Part shown: in pieces, positions 18,001 to 27,200 of the stretch
How the letters are laid out: each line of letters begins with the position of its first letter
Numbering within the stretch: the stretch's first letter is position 1
NCBI GenBank assembly: GCA_017414525.1
Contig: JAFQLO010000008.1
Location: forward strand, 1-42,777
DNA length: 42,777 nucleotides
Direction: 5' to 3'
DNA from: Clostridia bacterium
GTDB taxonomy: Bacteria > Bacillota > Clostridia > Christensenellales > Borkfalkiaceae
The notes under the pieces: model-generated
Databases searched by the model: none
The model's input: the letters and a program-made list of their open reading frames with translations, nothing else
What the model was told of the DNA's origin: nothing
Translations under genes and position numbers: made by a program

Positions 18001-21000
18001 CAAACCTCACGGCGATTACAAAGCACCTGAAAGTTCTGATGAAGTTACTCTCGTTAACGTAACTAATACTCAAGGCAACCTCTTTAAGGATAAGAGAACG
18101 CTTACTGCTCAAAGCGGTAGTATTACCTTTGATAACGCGCTTGACGATCCTATCTATACTGGTCAGACCGCTGCTATCGTTCTTAACGAACAGTTCACCG
18201 ATCAGTTCATAAAAGTAAGCTTTACTGCACTTGATACGGTTAACGAAACTGCAACTAACTTCCAAGATGCAATCGGTTTCTCAATCGGCTTTAGAAGACA
18301 GACCAGCGACGTGTCAGTTGCTATTAACGATTGGACGATTTCTCCTTGGGCTAACACTAACTACTTCTATATTACCAACACCGCGTCTTACCTCAAAGCG
18401 TTCTCTAACGCAACGGGCGCAAAACACGAAATAGAGAATAAATCGTTCAGATCAATCGTTATCGGCGAAAGATATTCGTTGGTATTCGGTATCACCGAAG
18501 AACAGAACGGTGACGACGTGTTCCACTTGATGTGGCTCGACGAAAACGATAACGTTCTCGCTTATCGTGTCGCAAGACAAGATTACTTTGATTCTAAGTG
18601 GGCGGGCGTTAAGACGTTAGAAGACAGCGGTTACTTCACGATTAACGCGTTTGCCGCTGAAAGAATTACTCTCGATTACGAGATTATCTCTGAAGAAGAT
18701 TCTCACACCGTTCTCGGAATTCACACCTTTGACATTTACGAGAAGATTGACGAAGTTTACCACTCAATCGAATGTAAGTGTGGCGAGGCTGGAAACAACC
18801 AAGTTCATAGTGGTGGAGAAGCAACCGAAACTTCAAGAGCTGTTTGTGATTTCTGTGGCGAAGAATACGGCACGGTTAAACAGCCTATCGCTGAAGACGT
18901 TATCGTAACTGGAACTATTAACGAAACGGCTAACGAATTTGACGGAAAAACTGAACTTACTACTGAAAGCGGTAGTTTGACTTTCAGTTCTAAAGTTGAT
19001 GGACTTAACTGGCAAAAGACTTCCAACATAAACCTCTGCAAGGAATACTCTTCTGAGTTCATTAAGATCGGCTTTACTGCTCTTTGCGACGGTCAAGGTG
19101 AACCGCTTGAAGGTGGCAAGATTAACTACAAGGTAGCAGACGCTATGGGCTTCGTAGTTGGCTTTAAGAAGGCTAAAGTTGAAGAGTCTGGAAACCTCGT
19201 TCTTTCTGATTGGCTGCTCAAGTTTAATAACGACGCAAACATCGGTTATCTCTATAACAAACCTGCTAACTCTTTTGCTCTCGCAGCGTTTGCTACGAAG
19301 TTGAATACTAGTGGAAGCTTCATCGATATGGTTAAAGGAGAACAGTACTACTTAACCGTCGGCGTTGTTGGTCAGGGTGATAACAGCACTATTTACTTGA
19401 TGCTTTTAGATAGCGACAATCAGATTATGGCTGGTTATAGCGCAACTATGGCACAGTTCAAGGCGCTTAGACCTGACGCAGAGATGCCTGATAAAGGTTA
19501 CTTTGCAATCGGTAGCTACGCAACTGAAGAAACGACCTTAACTTACGAAATCCTTTCTCCTGCAGAAAGATGTGAACTCTTAGGAATTCACGAATTTAAC
19601 ACTTACGAATACCTCGATAAGCGCGTTCACAAAGTTTCTTGTAGCGTTTGCGGTACGGAAACGGATAACGCAGCACATGTAGGCGGCGAAGCAACCTTAA
19701 CCGAAAAGGCTGTTTGCGACTTGTGTGGCGAAGAATATGGTAACTTCAAACAACCTATTGCTGAAGACGTTGCAATCTTCAATATGGTTGACGAATACGT
19801 TGAGGAATTCGACGGGGGAAGAGAACTTACCACCGAAAGCGGTAAAGTTACCTTCACCGGCACTACTGGCACTAACAGAGACGCTGCAACCATCGTTCTT
19901 AAAAAGCAATATGCAAATCAATTCATAAAAGTTGGATTTACTGCACTTTGCGATGGTTCAAGTACGGCTTGCCCTGCAATCTCTTGGGGACTTGACGTAG
20001 GCGTTAGAGGCGTTGAAACTACTAGCGCACTTACCAACTGGACCATGGTTGGGTGGACCAACACTAACTATTTCTACTTCTGTAAAGACGGTGCAAACCG
20101 CAGCCACTTCGGTGGAATCGGTACTAGAACCGGTAGCACAGACTTTAGAAGTGTTAAGGAAGGACAACAGTACTATATCGTTGCGGGTATGACTGGTACT
20201 GGTGAAAACGCAGTATTCCACTGGATGTGGCTTGACGCAAACGATAACGTACTTAGAACTAGCACGATTACCGCTGCTGAAATGGCAGCAAAACACCCCG
20301 CAGGTGTGATTGAAGATACTGGATACTTCACTATTCACAGTTCTGCTACCGTTGAAAGAACTATTACTTACGAAGTTCTCTCTGACGTGGAAAGATGCGA
20401 ACTCTTCGGCGTTCACGTCTTTGGTGAATACACTTTGGTTGACAAGGAAAATCACCAAGCAACCTGTAAAGACTGCGGTGAAAAATTTGGCGATCTTATC
20501 GCTCACGAAGGTGGCACTGCTGATTGTGATACCAAAGCAATCTGTGAAGTTTGTGGCGAAGAATACGGTGAATTCGAACATAAGTTAGATGGCGAAGATT
20601 CAATTCAGAGCAATGCTGATTACCACTGGTTCACTTGTGGGCTCTGCGGAGAACCGTCAGAACAAATCAAGCACTTTGGTGGCGAGGCAACTTACGAAGA
20701 ACAAGCAAAATGTGAAGTTTGCGGTCAGCCTCACGGCGAATATAAACTCTTCGAGGGTAGTGAAGACGTTGAGCTTCTAAATGTAACTAATCTTAAACTC
20801 GACCTCTTTGACGGTAAGAGAACTCCGAACTTAGAAAGCGGTAAGATTACCGTTAACGCAACCACTCCTAGTGAACTTAACTGGCAGAACACCGCAGTAG
20901 TTGGATTAAAGAAACAGTATACCGATGAATTCATTAAGATCGGATTTACCGCACTTTCTGGCGATGGCTCGAAAGTTAACCTCTACGACGCGATGGGCTT

Positions 21001-22300
21001 TGCAGTAGGCTTTAGAAGAACTGCTCTTGCGGCTAACCCCGTTCTTTCAGACTGGATGTTTAAGCCAAATAACGACACTAACTACGGCTACTTCTATAAC
21101 AGAGCGGCTAATGCATTTGCTTACGGACACGGTGGCGTTGCGATGGGTGCTATGGCTAACCTTAAACTCGTTAAGGGTCAGCAGTACTATTTCGTACTCG
21201 GCGTAACTGGAACTGCTCCTGAAGCAGGCGTAGAAGATACTAGAGTAATGTACGCAATGTGGCTTGACGCTAACAACGCTTTAATTGGCGGTTTCAACGT
21301 TCCGATGAAGAAGTTCTTAACCGTTAGACCTAGTGGTTCAATGAGTGATAGTGGTTATTACACCATTCACGCTTACATTGACGGAGTAACCCTTTCTTAT
21401 GAAGTACTTTCCGCAAAAGAAAGATGTGAACTTTTAGGAATTCACGACTATGCAACTTACGCTTTCGTTGACGACACCTATCACGCACTTTCTTGTGACT
21501 GTGGCGCAAACAAGGGCAACGAAACGCATCAAGGCGGAGAAGCAACCTTTACCGAAAAGGCAGTTTGCGATTTCTGCAAACAGCCTTACGGAACGGTAAA
21601 ACAAGCGATTGCGGACGACGTTACGCTCATCAATATGACCAACGTTACCGCTATCCCCGCAGCAGGTAAAGAAGTTATCGATACCCAAGAAGGTACGATT
21701 AAGTTCACTTCAACGCTTGCAAGTAGCGGTTGGGGTAGCGAAAATGCAACCGTAGTATTACAGAAACAATATACTAGCGAATTCATCAAAGTGGGCTTTA
21801 CCGCCCGCTCTGGTGATGGCACCGCTCTTAACGGCTATTCAGCAATGGGCTTTGGCGTTGGTTTTAGAAAGGCAGCAGTTAACTCAATAGCAACCAGTAC
21901 TGACTGGTGTGTAGTTGGTTCTGACTCAGGTACTTACTGCGTATTCTACGGCAATAAAGCGGCTAACGCATTCCACGATGGACATGGACCTACACGTCAC
22001 GGCACAAAAACCAACTTGAAGTTTGTTGAAGGTCAGAAGTATTACTTCGTAGTAGGCGTTGCAGGAACTGTTGATGGAACTACTGATAACAGAACTATGT
22101 ACGCCATTTGGCTTGATGCAAACGATAACTTGATTGCAGGATTCTCCGTACCAATGACTAAGTTCGTTTCTGTAAGAGCAGATGCAACGATGCCAGAGAG
22201 CGGATACTTCTCAATTAACGCTTTTGCAGTTAATGAAGAAATGACACTTTCCTATGAAATAATCGATGCGGCAACAGCACTCGGTTACGTAGGCAAATAA
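15053..22300 (+). CDS. Giant (2415 aa) modular surface lipoprotein of unknown family
   Basis: AGGAGG lies 6 nt upstream of the ATG. Signal peptide with lipobox SFVA-C. Single uninterrupted ORF. Internal modules: an Ig/FN3-like N-terminal region, 2 A modules, a Cys/His knuckle block and 5 B modules. No LPXTG, SLH, dockerin or catalytic motif was recognised. Confidence 0.9.
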   Translation: MKKTRKILIFVLSVMFAISAFSFVACAQKKEEMKITTVPPIVQHCVGESINLYDYIIREAGATYTFSVSYNGGEAKALNANGYYLAETGDYTFTVNGSSATKEGSATFSLSVVEVAPTIWYKTAEIPAYWLEYTILYKLLDEAGPYTMPVGGVTTELTHVFVYPAEDDTIGYKVDLTGTQSYVEKFNKETPDDLTKIELTDDNIDELGFYVNRKKRVDDTSPIKADDGKYYGVKDMQGIFMYLIEGQYEFHYRSYNTGGEQKAKFYVKCTEKLFELTELEGALQFDRDTEVASWAPIEGAVQYKVKLLNKNFFTTDTFFDCSQLITNPIMDYTIVVLPIGENPEKANDYLNNCKMTYETPYIGSEGAVQNADKSITIKGNNPVGGDLYGHMAAVENEYYALRGNYGIGNYIDVKFKGNNMPTIVLFADAINKSVTWHGGRGIVVMNGLVSYTEGGDLVKSYLDRTYVFGPNRVNTHFTHKPLAALSGNNTNLTQNYLKSNSNTTFTYTVGTRIDSSEMILLSSTLKNADTGEVISTQEYPLHYQYDASKSIKDISPTRYLTTDDVNPGSFILFGAYKENGEDTTILSVSDPYYVDPRSTVENEDGSFTVTSSRVVGTDWNALKTSNSKFGYVLQEGKFGVNTYAEYVFKGNNMPQILLFADKIDGNFTGNGGGKGILISNGMVSYTVDKDGNYVATNDTASLKIYGPNRIAGKPAFVKEDSAFSQDNLSKSSSAEYRMVVGTKVVYEDVNTYTPVKKSYIGKDGFMEEVVYVVLELYNNKTGRLIEKIETPVQSNENNYDKLARNKFVTTQDITAGSIVAFAGIKGVDATGKALTTTFFCSKAPETIAPSTSGHVHDFTNYNNDGTYHWFECTCGAKCTKGTCVGGTATCSELAVCDVCGKGHGELLPHVGGTATCTEKAVCTACGQSYGYFGHVFNAETANVQSNDDYHWFTCDKCGVVTEQMVHVGGEATYEDRAECEICGKPHGDYKAPESSDEVTLVNVTNTQGNLFKDKRTLTAQSGSITFDNALDDPIYTGQTAAIVLNEQFTDQFIKVSFTALDTVNETATNFQDAIGFSIGFRRQTSDVSVAINDWTISPWANTNYFYITNTASYLKAFSNATGAKHEIENKSFRSIVIGERYSLVFGITEEQNGDDVFHLMWLDENDNVLAYRVARQDYFDSKWAGVKTLEDSGYFTINAFAAERITLDYEIISEEDSHTVLGIHTFDIYEKIDEVYHSIECKCGEAGNNQVHSGGEATETSRAVCDFCGEEYGTVKQPIAEDVIVTGTINETANEFDGKTELTTESGSLTFSSKVDGLNWQKTSNINLCKEYSSEFIKIGFTALCDGQGEPLEGGKINYKVADAMGFVVGFKKAKVEESGNLVLSDWLLKFNNDANIGYLYNKPANSFALAAFATKLNTSGSFIDMVKGEQYYLTVGVVGQGDNSTIYLMLLDSDNQIMAGYSATMAQFKALRPDAEMPDKGYFAIGSYATEETTLTYEILSPAERCELLGIHEFNTYEYLDKRVHKVSCSVCGTETDNAAHVGGEATLTEKAVCDLCGEEYGNFKQPIAEDVAIFNMVDEYVEEFDGGRELTTESGKVTFTGTTGTNRDAATIVLKKQYANQFIKVGFTALCDGSSTACPAISWGLDVGVRGVETTSALTNWTMVGWTNTNYFYFCKDGANRSHFGGIGTRTGSTDFRSVKEGQQYYIVAGMTGTGENAVFHWMWLDANDNVLRTSTITAAEMAAKHPAGVIEDTGYFTIHSSATVERTITYEVLSDVERCELFGVHVFGEYTLVDKENHQATCKDCGEKFGDLIAHEGGTADCDTKAICEVCGEEYGEFEHKLDGEDSIQSNADYHWFTCGLCGEPSEQIKHFGGEATYEEQAKCEVCGQPHGEYKLFEGSEDVELLNVTNLKLDLFDGKRTPNLESGKITVNATTPSELNWQNTAVVGLKKQYTDEFIKIGFTALSGDGSKVNLYDAMGFAVGFRRTALAANPVLSDWMFKPNNDTNYGYFYNRAANAFAYGHGGVAMGAMANLKLVKGQQYYFVLGVTGTAPEAGVEDTRVMYAMWLDANNALIGGFNVPMKKFLTVRPSGSMSDSGYYTIHAYIDGVTLSYEVLSAKERCELLGIHDYATYAFVDDTYHALSCDCGANKGNETHQGGEATFTEKAVCDFCKQPYGTVKQAIADDVTLINMTNVTAIPAAGKEVIDTQEGTIKFTSTLASSGWGSENATVVLQKQYTSEFIKVGFTARSGDGTALNGYSAMGFGVGFRKAAVNSIATSTDWCVVGSDSGTYCVFYGNKAANAFHDGHGPTRHGTKTNLKFVEGQKYYFVVGVAGTVDGTTDNRTMYAIWLDANDNLIAGFSVPMTKFVSVRADATMPESGYFSINAFAVNEEMTLSYEIIDAATALGYVGK
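16140..17590 (+). repeat. Two tandem A modules (about 233 aa each) inside the giant ORF
   Basis: The motif KGNNMP(T/Q)I(V/L)LFAD recurs at nt 16301 and 17000, a 699-nt period. Both copies share GG(R/K)GI...NG(L/M)VSYT, (V/I)(F/Y)GPNR and the tail GS(F/I)(I/V)(L/A)F(G/A). A third copy is in the 1401-aa protein at nt 25264 (TGNNMPNVILYAD). Confidence 0.8.
17609..18030 (+). repeat. Block of His/Cys knuckle repeats (zinc-ribbon-like or disulfide knots)
   Basis: The block contains HWFECTCG...GGTATCSELAVCDVCGKGHG, HVGGTATCTEKAVCTACGQSYG and HWFTCDKCG...HVGGEATYEDRAECEICGKPHG. The same unit recurs as a linker after each of B modules 1-4 and once in the 1401-aa protein. Confidence 0.8.
18040..22297 (+). 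repeat. Five tandem B modules with knuckle linkers (period about 852-864 nt; 1007 nt where the linker is doubled)
   Basis: The motif (Q/E)FIK(V/I)(S/G)FTA(L/R) recurs at nt 18206, 19058, 19922, 20929 and 21782. Each module also carries G(E/Q)(R/Q/K)Y(Y/S)..(V/F/A)G(I/V/M)(T/V/A), (M/I)(W/L)LD(E/S/A)(N/D)(D/N)N, (S/K/T)GY(F/Y)(T/A/S)I and a (L/I)(T/S/D)YE(I/V)(I/L) tail. Linkers begin ERCEL(L/F)G(I/V)H. Confidence 0.85.
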
Positions 22301-22319
22301 GGACAGGAGGGCATTATAA

Positions 22320-23918
22320 ATGAAAAAACGTTTTACAAAAATATTAACATTAGCGATGTCTTCAATAATGGCGGTTGGCACACTCTTCGGATGTGCCACC
22401 GAGCAAACGGGAAGAATAGTTAGTGCAACTCTTCCCGAGGGATATTTCTTCCCAGAATATACCATTGAGCAGTCGGGCAAAACTTACGAAACGTTTGCTT
22501 ACGGCGCGTCAAGAAACCCGTATTTAACGTTTGACGGTGAACAAAGAGAGTTCGTTGATACTACTTCTGTTGAGTATATGCAAACTTATAAGGACGCAGG
22601 ATTCACCGTTTACTTCTCGACATTCTCGGAAAGTGCTGATATAATGAGCGTTCTTGATAACGCAGAAAAGGTTGGCTTGAAAGTTCTAGTAACTGACTTC
22701 TGGATTCTTGATGCGGTAGGCACTGACGGAAAACTCGTTGACGAGAACAACGACGGAACTAAGAGCAGAGATTATAGAACGAAAGAAGAATTGCAAGAAG
22801 CCGTTAGAGTGCAGATTGAAGAGTGGTGTTCACACCCTGCATTCTTTGGACTTAACATGCGTGACGAGCCGATAATTGACTTCCATGAAGACTACGGCGA
22901 CTTGTATAAAGCAATTCGTGCGATTGAACCCACGCTCAAAAAAGCAGACGGAACGTTCTATAAACCTGGTGAACTTTATCTCCACGTTAATATGTTGCCT
23001 CTCGGCATCAACGTTGGAACGAGTTACTATAAGGAATACGAAACACTTGGCGAAGCGTATGATAAATACGTAAGAAATATGTTCGAAGTTTCTGGCGCTG
23101 ACAGACTTTCAGTGGATATTTACGAATTCAGAAGAGACGGCGTGTTCCCTGGCTTCTTCCCGACCATGCAGATGTTCGCAAACGCTTGTAGGGACTATAA
23201 AGCAGGATTCACTTACGTTCAGCAATCGTTCAACACTTTCTCTGGAACAACCGAATCTTACGGCAGAGTAACGAGAGCGGAAATGATGAGTGAAACTTAC
23301 ACTGCAATCGGCTTAGGTGCAACCCACCTTTCGTACTATACTTACACACCGTATGCAGAACAATCAGTAGCAGGTACGCACACCATTCACCACTTCTTGG
23401 ATTTTGAGGGCAAACCCACCAACGTTTATTACTACGGTCAGGCTGCAATGAAAGAAGCAAGATTCTTGGCTGATTACGTGTTTAACTTTGATTATCAAGG
23501 TTGTAACTTCGTAACCAACCCCGATCCCGACTCAATGACGTTTGGTATCGGTGCATATCTCACTAGCCGTGGTGATAGCGTAACTGGTACTAGTGCTCAG
23601 TTTGACAGAACTTACGAGTTCGAAAAGATTAAGAACGAGGACATCGTTATCGATAACGATATACTTTTGGTCAGCGAACTCAAAGATTCAAAGAACGATT
23701 TGTATATGTACATGTTCCAGAACGTATTGAACCCCTCTGACGAGAAGATCGGTAGGGTAGACGTAAACGTAAGCGTTGACTTCGGAACGGAATACGACTG
23801 GGTAGCAGAAATCGGTGGCGGAATGGTTAACTACGTTAAACTTGATAAAGGCGTATACACCGCATCACTCGGTGCAGGCTATGCAAACTTCGTAGTACCC
23901 CTAGCAAAAGCAAACTAA
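22320..23918 (+). CDS. Surface lipoprotein, uncharacterised enzyme-like family (paralogue of 28628..30013 and 30034..31410)
   Basis: Signal peptide with lipobox LFG-C. It shares ordered motifs with the two downstream paralogues: AGF(T/N)V, FFGLNMRDEP vs FYG(I/V)QLYDEP, LHVNMLPLGIN vs LQCNLLPYCGID, VDIYEFRRD vs (V/F)DEYFFR(R/K)D, QQSF vs (L/I)QSF, and LSYYTYT vs (I/A)(G/A)FFTYMT. The alternating beta-alpha style pattern suggests a TIM-barrel hydrolase, but this is unproven. Confidence 0.6.
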   Translation: MKKRFTKILTLAMSSIMAVGTLFGCATEQTGRIVSATLPEGYFFPEYTIEQSGKTYETFAYGASRNPYLTFDGEQREFVDTTSVEYMQTYKDAGFTVYFSTFSESADIMSVLDNAEKVGLKVLVTDFWILDAVGTDGKLVDENNDGTKSRDYRTKEELQEAVRVQIEEWCSHPAFFGLNMRDEPIIDFHEDYGDLYKAIRAIEPTLKKADGTFYKPGELYLHVNMLPLGINVGTSYYKEYETLGEAYDKYVRNMFEVSGADRLSVDIYEFRRDGVFPGFFPTMQMFANACRDYKAGFTYVQQSFNTFSGTTESYGRVTRAEMMSETYTAIGLGATHLSYYTYTPYAEQSVAGTHTIHHFLDFEGKPTNVYYYGQAAMKEARFLADYVFNFDYQGCNFVTNPDPDSMTFGIGAYLTSRGDSVTGTSAQFDRTYEFEKIKNEDIVIDNDILLVSELKDSKNDLYMYMFQNVLNPSDEKIGRVDVNVSVDFGTEYDWVAEIGGGMVNYVKLDKGVYTASLGAGYANFVVPLAKAN

Positions 23919-23928
23919 TAAAAAAAGA

Positions 23929-23972
23929 CCTTGAAGTTATCGGGTGACCGATAACTTCGGGGCAAACTTTTA
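23929..23972 (+). terminator. Strong stem-loop / probable partial terminator
   Basis: CCTTGAAGTTATCGG-gtga-CCGATAACTTCGGGG: a 15-bp stem including 2 G-U pairs, followed by caaacTTTT. Confidence 0.55.
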
Positions 23973-24083
23973 AGGGAAAAAGTTAATGCCTTAAAAGACG
24001 TAACAATGGAAAAAGCGTGGACTCTCATAACCACGGAATATATCGGCGAGTTGCCGAAATACAAAAATAAAGGAGAAAAAAAT

Positions 24084-24215
24084 ATGAGAAAAATTTACGA
24101 ACAGGCAGAGATGGAGATTCTTTATTTTGAATCTTCAGACGTAATGGACGTATCTGCGCCGACTGGTTCTAACTTTGACGGCACGATAGAGGACTGTTAC
24201 GGAGACCAGTTGTAA
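24084..24215 (+). CDS. Small acidic protein (43 aa), unknown function
   Basis: AAAGGAG lies 7 nt upstream of ATG 24084. Product: MRKIYEQAEMEILYFESSDVMDVSAPTGSNFDGTIEDCYGDQL. Its TAA stop overlaps the GGAGG of the next gene. The longer 24006 start has no ribosome-binding site. Confidence 0.5.
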   Translation: MRKIYEQAEMEILYFESSDVMDVSAPTGSNFDGTIEDCYGDQL

Positions 24216-24231
24216 GGAGGTGGCAGAGAGT

Positions 24232-27200
24232 ATGAATAAGACTATTAAAACAAAATTGATTTCACTTTTTGCTGTTCTTCTTTCAATATGTATGCTTTTC
24301 AGTGTGGCTAGCATGGTAACGACAACGGCAAAAGCAGAAGGCACGACCACCGCAGCAACTTTGGTTGAAGGTGCAGCTGTTAGAGTTAATAGTGCTGAAT
24401 CTTCAGGTTTGAAGTTTAAGGCTTCAATCGATAAGGCTCAGTACAACGCTCTTTATAACCAAGCTGGTGGCAAACTTAAAGCAGGTATGATCATCGTTCC
24501 GACTGATTATATCACCGCTGCAAACGGTTACACGTTTAACGCATTTGCTGCTGCTGGCAAAACGGTAGCATCAAACACCATCGCAGAGTTTAAGAATGCA
24601 AGCGAAAGCACTTACGAGTTCACGATGAGTATTATTAATCTCAAACTCGCTAACTACGACAGAGATTTTGAAGCAATCGTTTACTTGGAGAGTGAAGTTG
24701 CTCTTGACGGTTTCGTTGCTTACGGCGACAAGTATTATGCTTACGCTGAAAGAAATGAATCTTACGCAAGAAACATTTATGAAGTTGCTAAAGGCGTTTA
24801 TAACGACAGAGCAGACGCTCAAGACGACGTTAAGTACATCTATCCTGTTGACGGCAAGTACGCAACTTTGGATACTGACGGCTTAGCAATCGCTAAAACC
24901 TTTATCGACGGCGTAACTGAAATTGTTCTTGATAACGGTAAACCCGCTGCATATTCAAGTGAATACTACGCAGCAAAGGACAGCGTTTTAACTAACGACA
25001 CTGAGGCTTATCTCTTGGGCGAACACAAAAACGTTGTTTATAAGGGCGAAAGCATTTCTTCTTATCCCTTCACCGCTGACGGTATAGCTATTAAACAGAT
25101 GTATACCGCTAGAGCAACCTATGCTAACGGTGAGTATACTACCGCTGGTTATGCAATTGGTGCTCTTCTTTGGTCAGCGGGTAATGCTGGTAATGGAACT
25201 TATGGCTACGTAGCATTTGACGGAGAATATGGTCCTAGCACTTACGTTGAATTTACTTTCACTGGTAATAATATGCCTAACGTTATTCTCTATGCAGATG
25301 ACGTAACTGATGGTAATATGACTCACAATTCAGGTGGTAAGGGTATTGCCATGATCAACGGTATATCTTATGACGGTACAGCTTCTACTGGTAGAACTAC
25401 TGACTTAGAAGTTTGGGCACCATATAGATGGAATGGACACTACGTAGGATACAATTCATATAGATATTACGGTGATTCAAAAGTTCCTATGATGAAATAT
25501 TTTATCAACAATCCTACGACTGAATTCAGATACGTTGTTGGTACTTATATCGTTAAGGAAGACGTTCATAACGCTTCTGGCGTTGTTTATGGCGCGGAAG
25601 AGGAGAAGGACGGCGTATTAGAAGAAGTTATCTATCTTGATATGGCTATTTATAATAATAGCACTGGAGCGTCTTTATATACTCTTAAAACTCCCCTTTG
25701 GGCTAAAAACACCACCTCTTCTACTGCAACAACAGATCGTGTAACTACAGAAGATTTGTCAAGTGGCGCAATTATGGCGTTCTCAGCTTTGAAGGGTGCT
25801 GATGCGACTACTGGTGACGTTCTTAACACCACCTTTAAGGTAACCAAAGCTCCTTATCACGTTCATAATTTCAATTCTGAAATTAAGAGCGATGCAACTC
25901 ACCACTGGTATGAATGTGCTTGTGGCGAAGTTGGCGAAAAGGCTGAACACTTGGGCGGAACTGCAACTCACACCGAAAAGGCAAAATGTGAAGTTTGTGG
26001 AACTGCTTACGGCGACCTCAAACCCGCTTGGGAAGTAGACGACGTAGCACTCGTTCAAATGACTAACCAGTCTGCTGCACAGGTTATCACTGCTGATAAA
26101 GGTACTATTACCTTTACTGGTTCACAAGAAACTCCTTCACAGACTAACGCATCTTCTATCGTTCTTAAGAAACAGTATACTACTGAATTCGTTAGGGTAG
26201 GATTCACTGCACTTGCAGATTATGTAAGAGAAGGCACTGTAACCAACTTGAACTCCGTTCTCGGACTCAACGTTGAATATAGAACTTCAAGCGAAACTAG
26301 TAAGAGTGGTGTTGACAGTTGGGGCTTTGATATTATGAATACCACCAACTACTTCCGTTTGTATCCTGTTCATAGCGGACACTACGGTGGATATGCTTCA
26401 GATAGAACAGTTGCTAAGGCATTCGTTGCTGGCGAACAGTATTACTTAATTGCTGGTATCGATAGCAATAACACCTTATATTTCTATATTCTTGATGAAG
26501 ACAACACCGTTATGGCTAAGTCTACTATGGACGAAGCAGCGTTAATTGCAGCTGGAACTCATGCAACTAATAAAACTCTTGATTATTCAATGCCTGAATC
26601 AGGTTACTGGACTATCAACAGCTGGGCAACCTCAGAGAGAACCCTTTCTTGGGAAACCATTTCTGAAACTCAAGCAATGTACTACATTAACGGCGGAAAG
26701 GGTGTTGAAGGTCTTGCTGTTAGCGGCAACACCGCAAGCTGGACTGCTTATAACGGCGCAACCTCTTATAAGGTAAAAGTTGATAACGGCGAATGGACTG
26801 ACGTTGGTAACGTAACCTCTTACGCTATTGCTAACCTCGCCGCATTTGACACTTATAGCGTAACTGTTAAGGCTGTATGCTCAGGCTTTGAAACTAAAGA
26901 AACCGCAACTCAATTTACTTACGTTCCTAGTGGAATTACCCTTGCTAACGTTGATAGTATTAAGGCTGATGGAAACGCAACTGCAACTAGTGGAAAGGTA
27001 ACTGTAACGGCTGATACTGCATCTGCAATCGGTTTTGCTGCAGACGCTACCGACTTTATTAAAGTTAAATTTGCCGCAACTGGCGCTGCTGTTGAAGCAA
27101 TGTCAATAAACTTCCGTCAAGCAAGCGTTGCTGCAAACTGGCAGAGTGGTTGGGGTATAGTACCTAACGGAACGCACGGAATGATGCTTAATTACGGCGG

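Noticed and set aside
15632-21822. Many long ORFs antisense to, or out of frame within, the giant gene (for example 17573..18265 minus, 230 aa; 19958..20581 minus, 207 aa; 15632..15958 minus)
   Set aside because: They lie entirely inside a 7.2-kb ORF with coherent repeat architecture. They have low-complexity, odd compositions and no ribosome-binding sites. They are explained by the codon bias of the sense gene, which is poor in antisense stop codons. The same applies to 24571..24822, 25650..26058, 27643..27897 and 27988..28350 within the 1401-aa gene.
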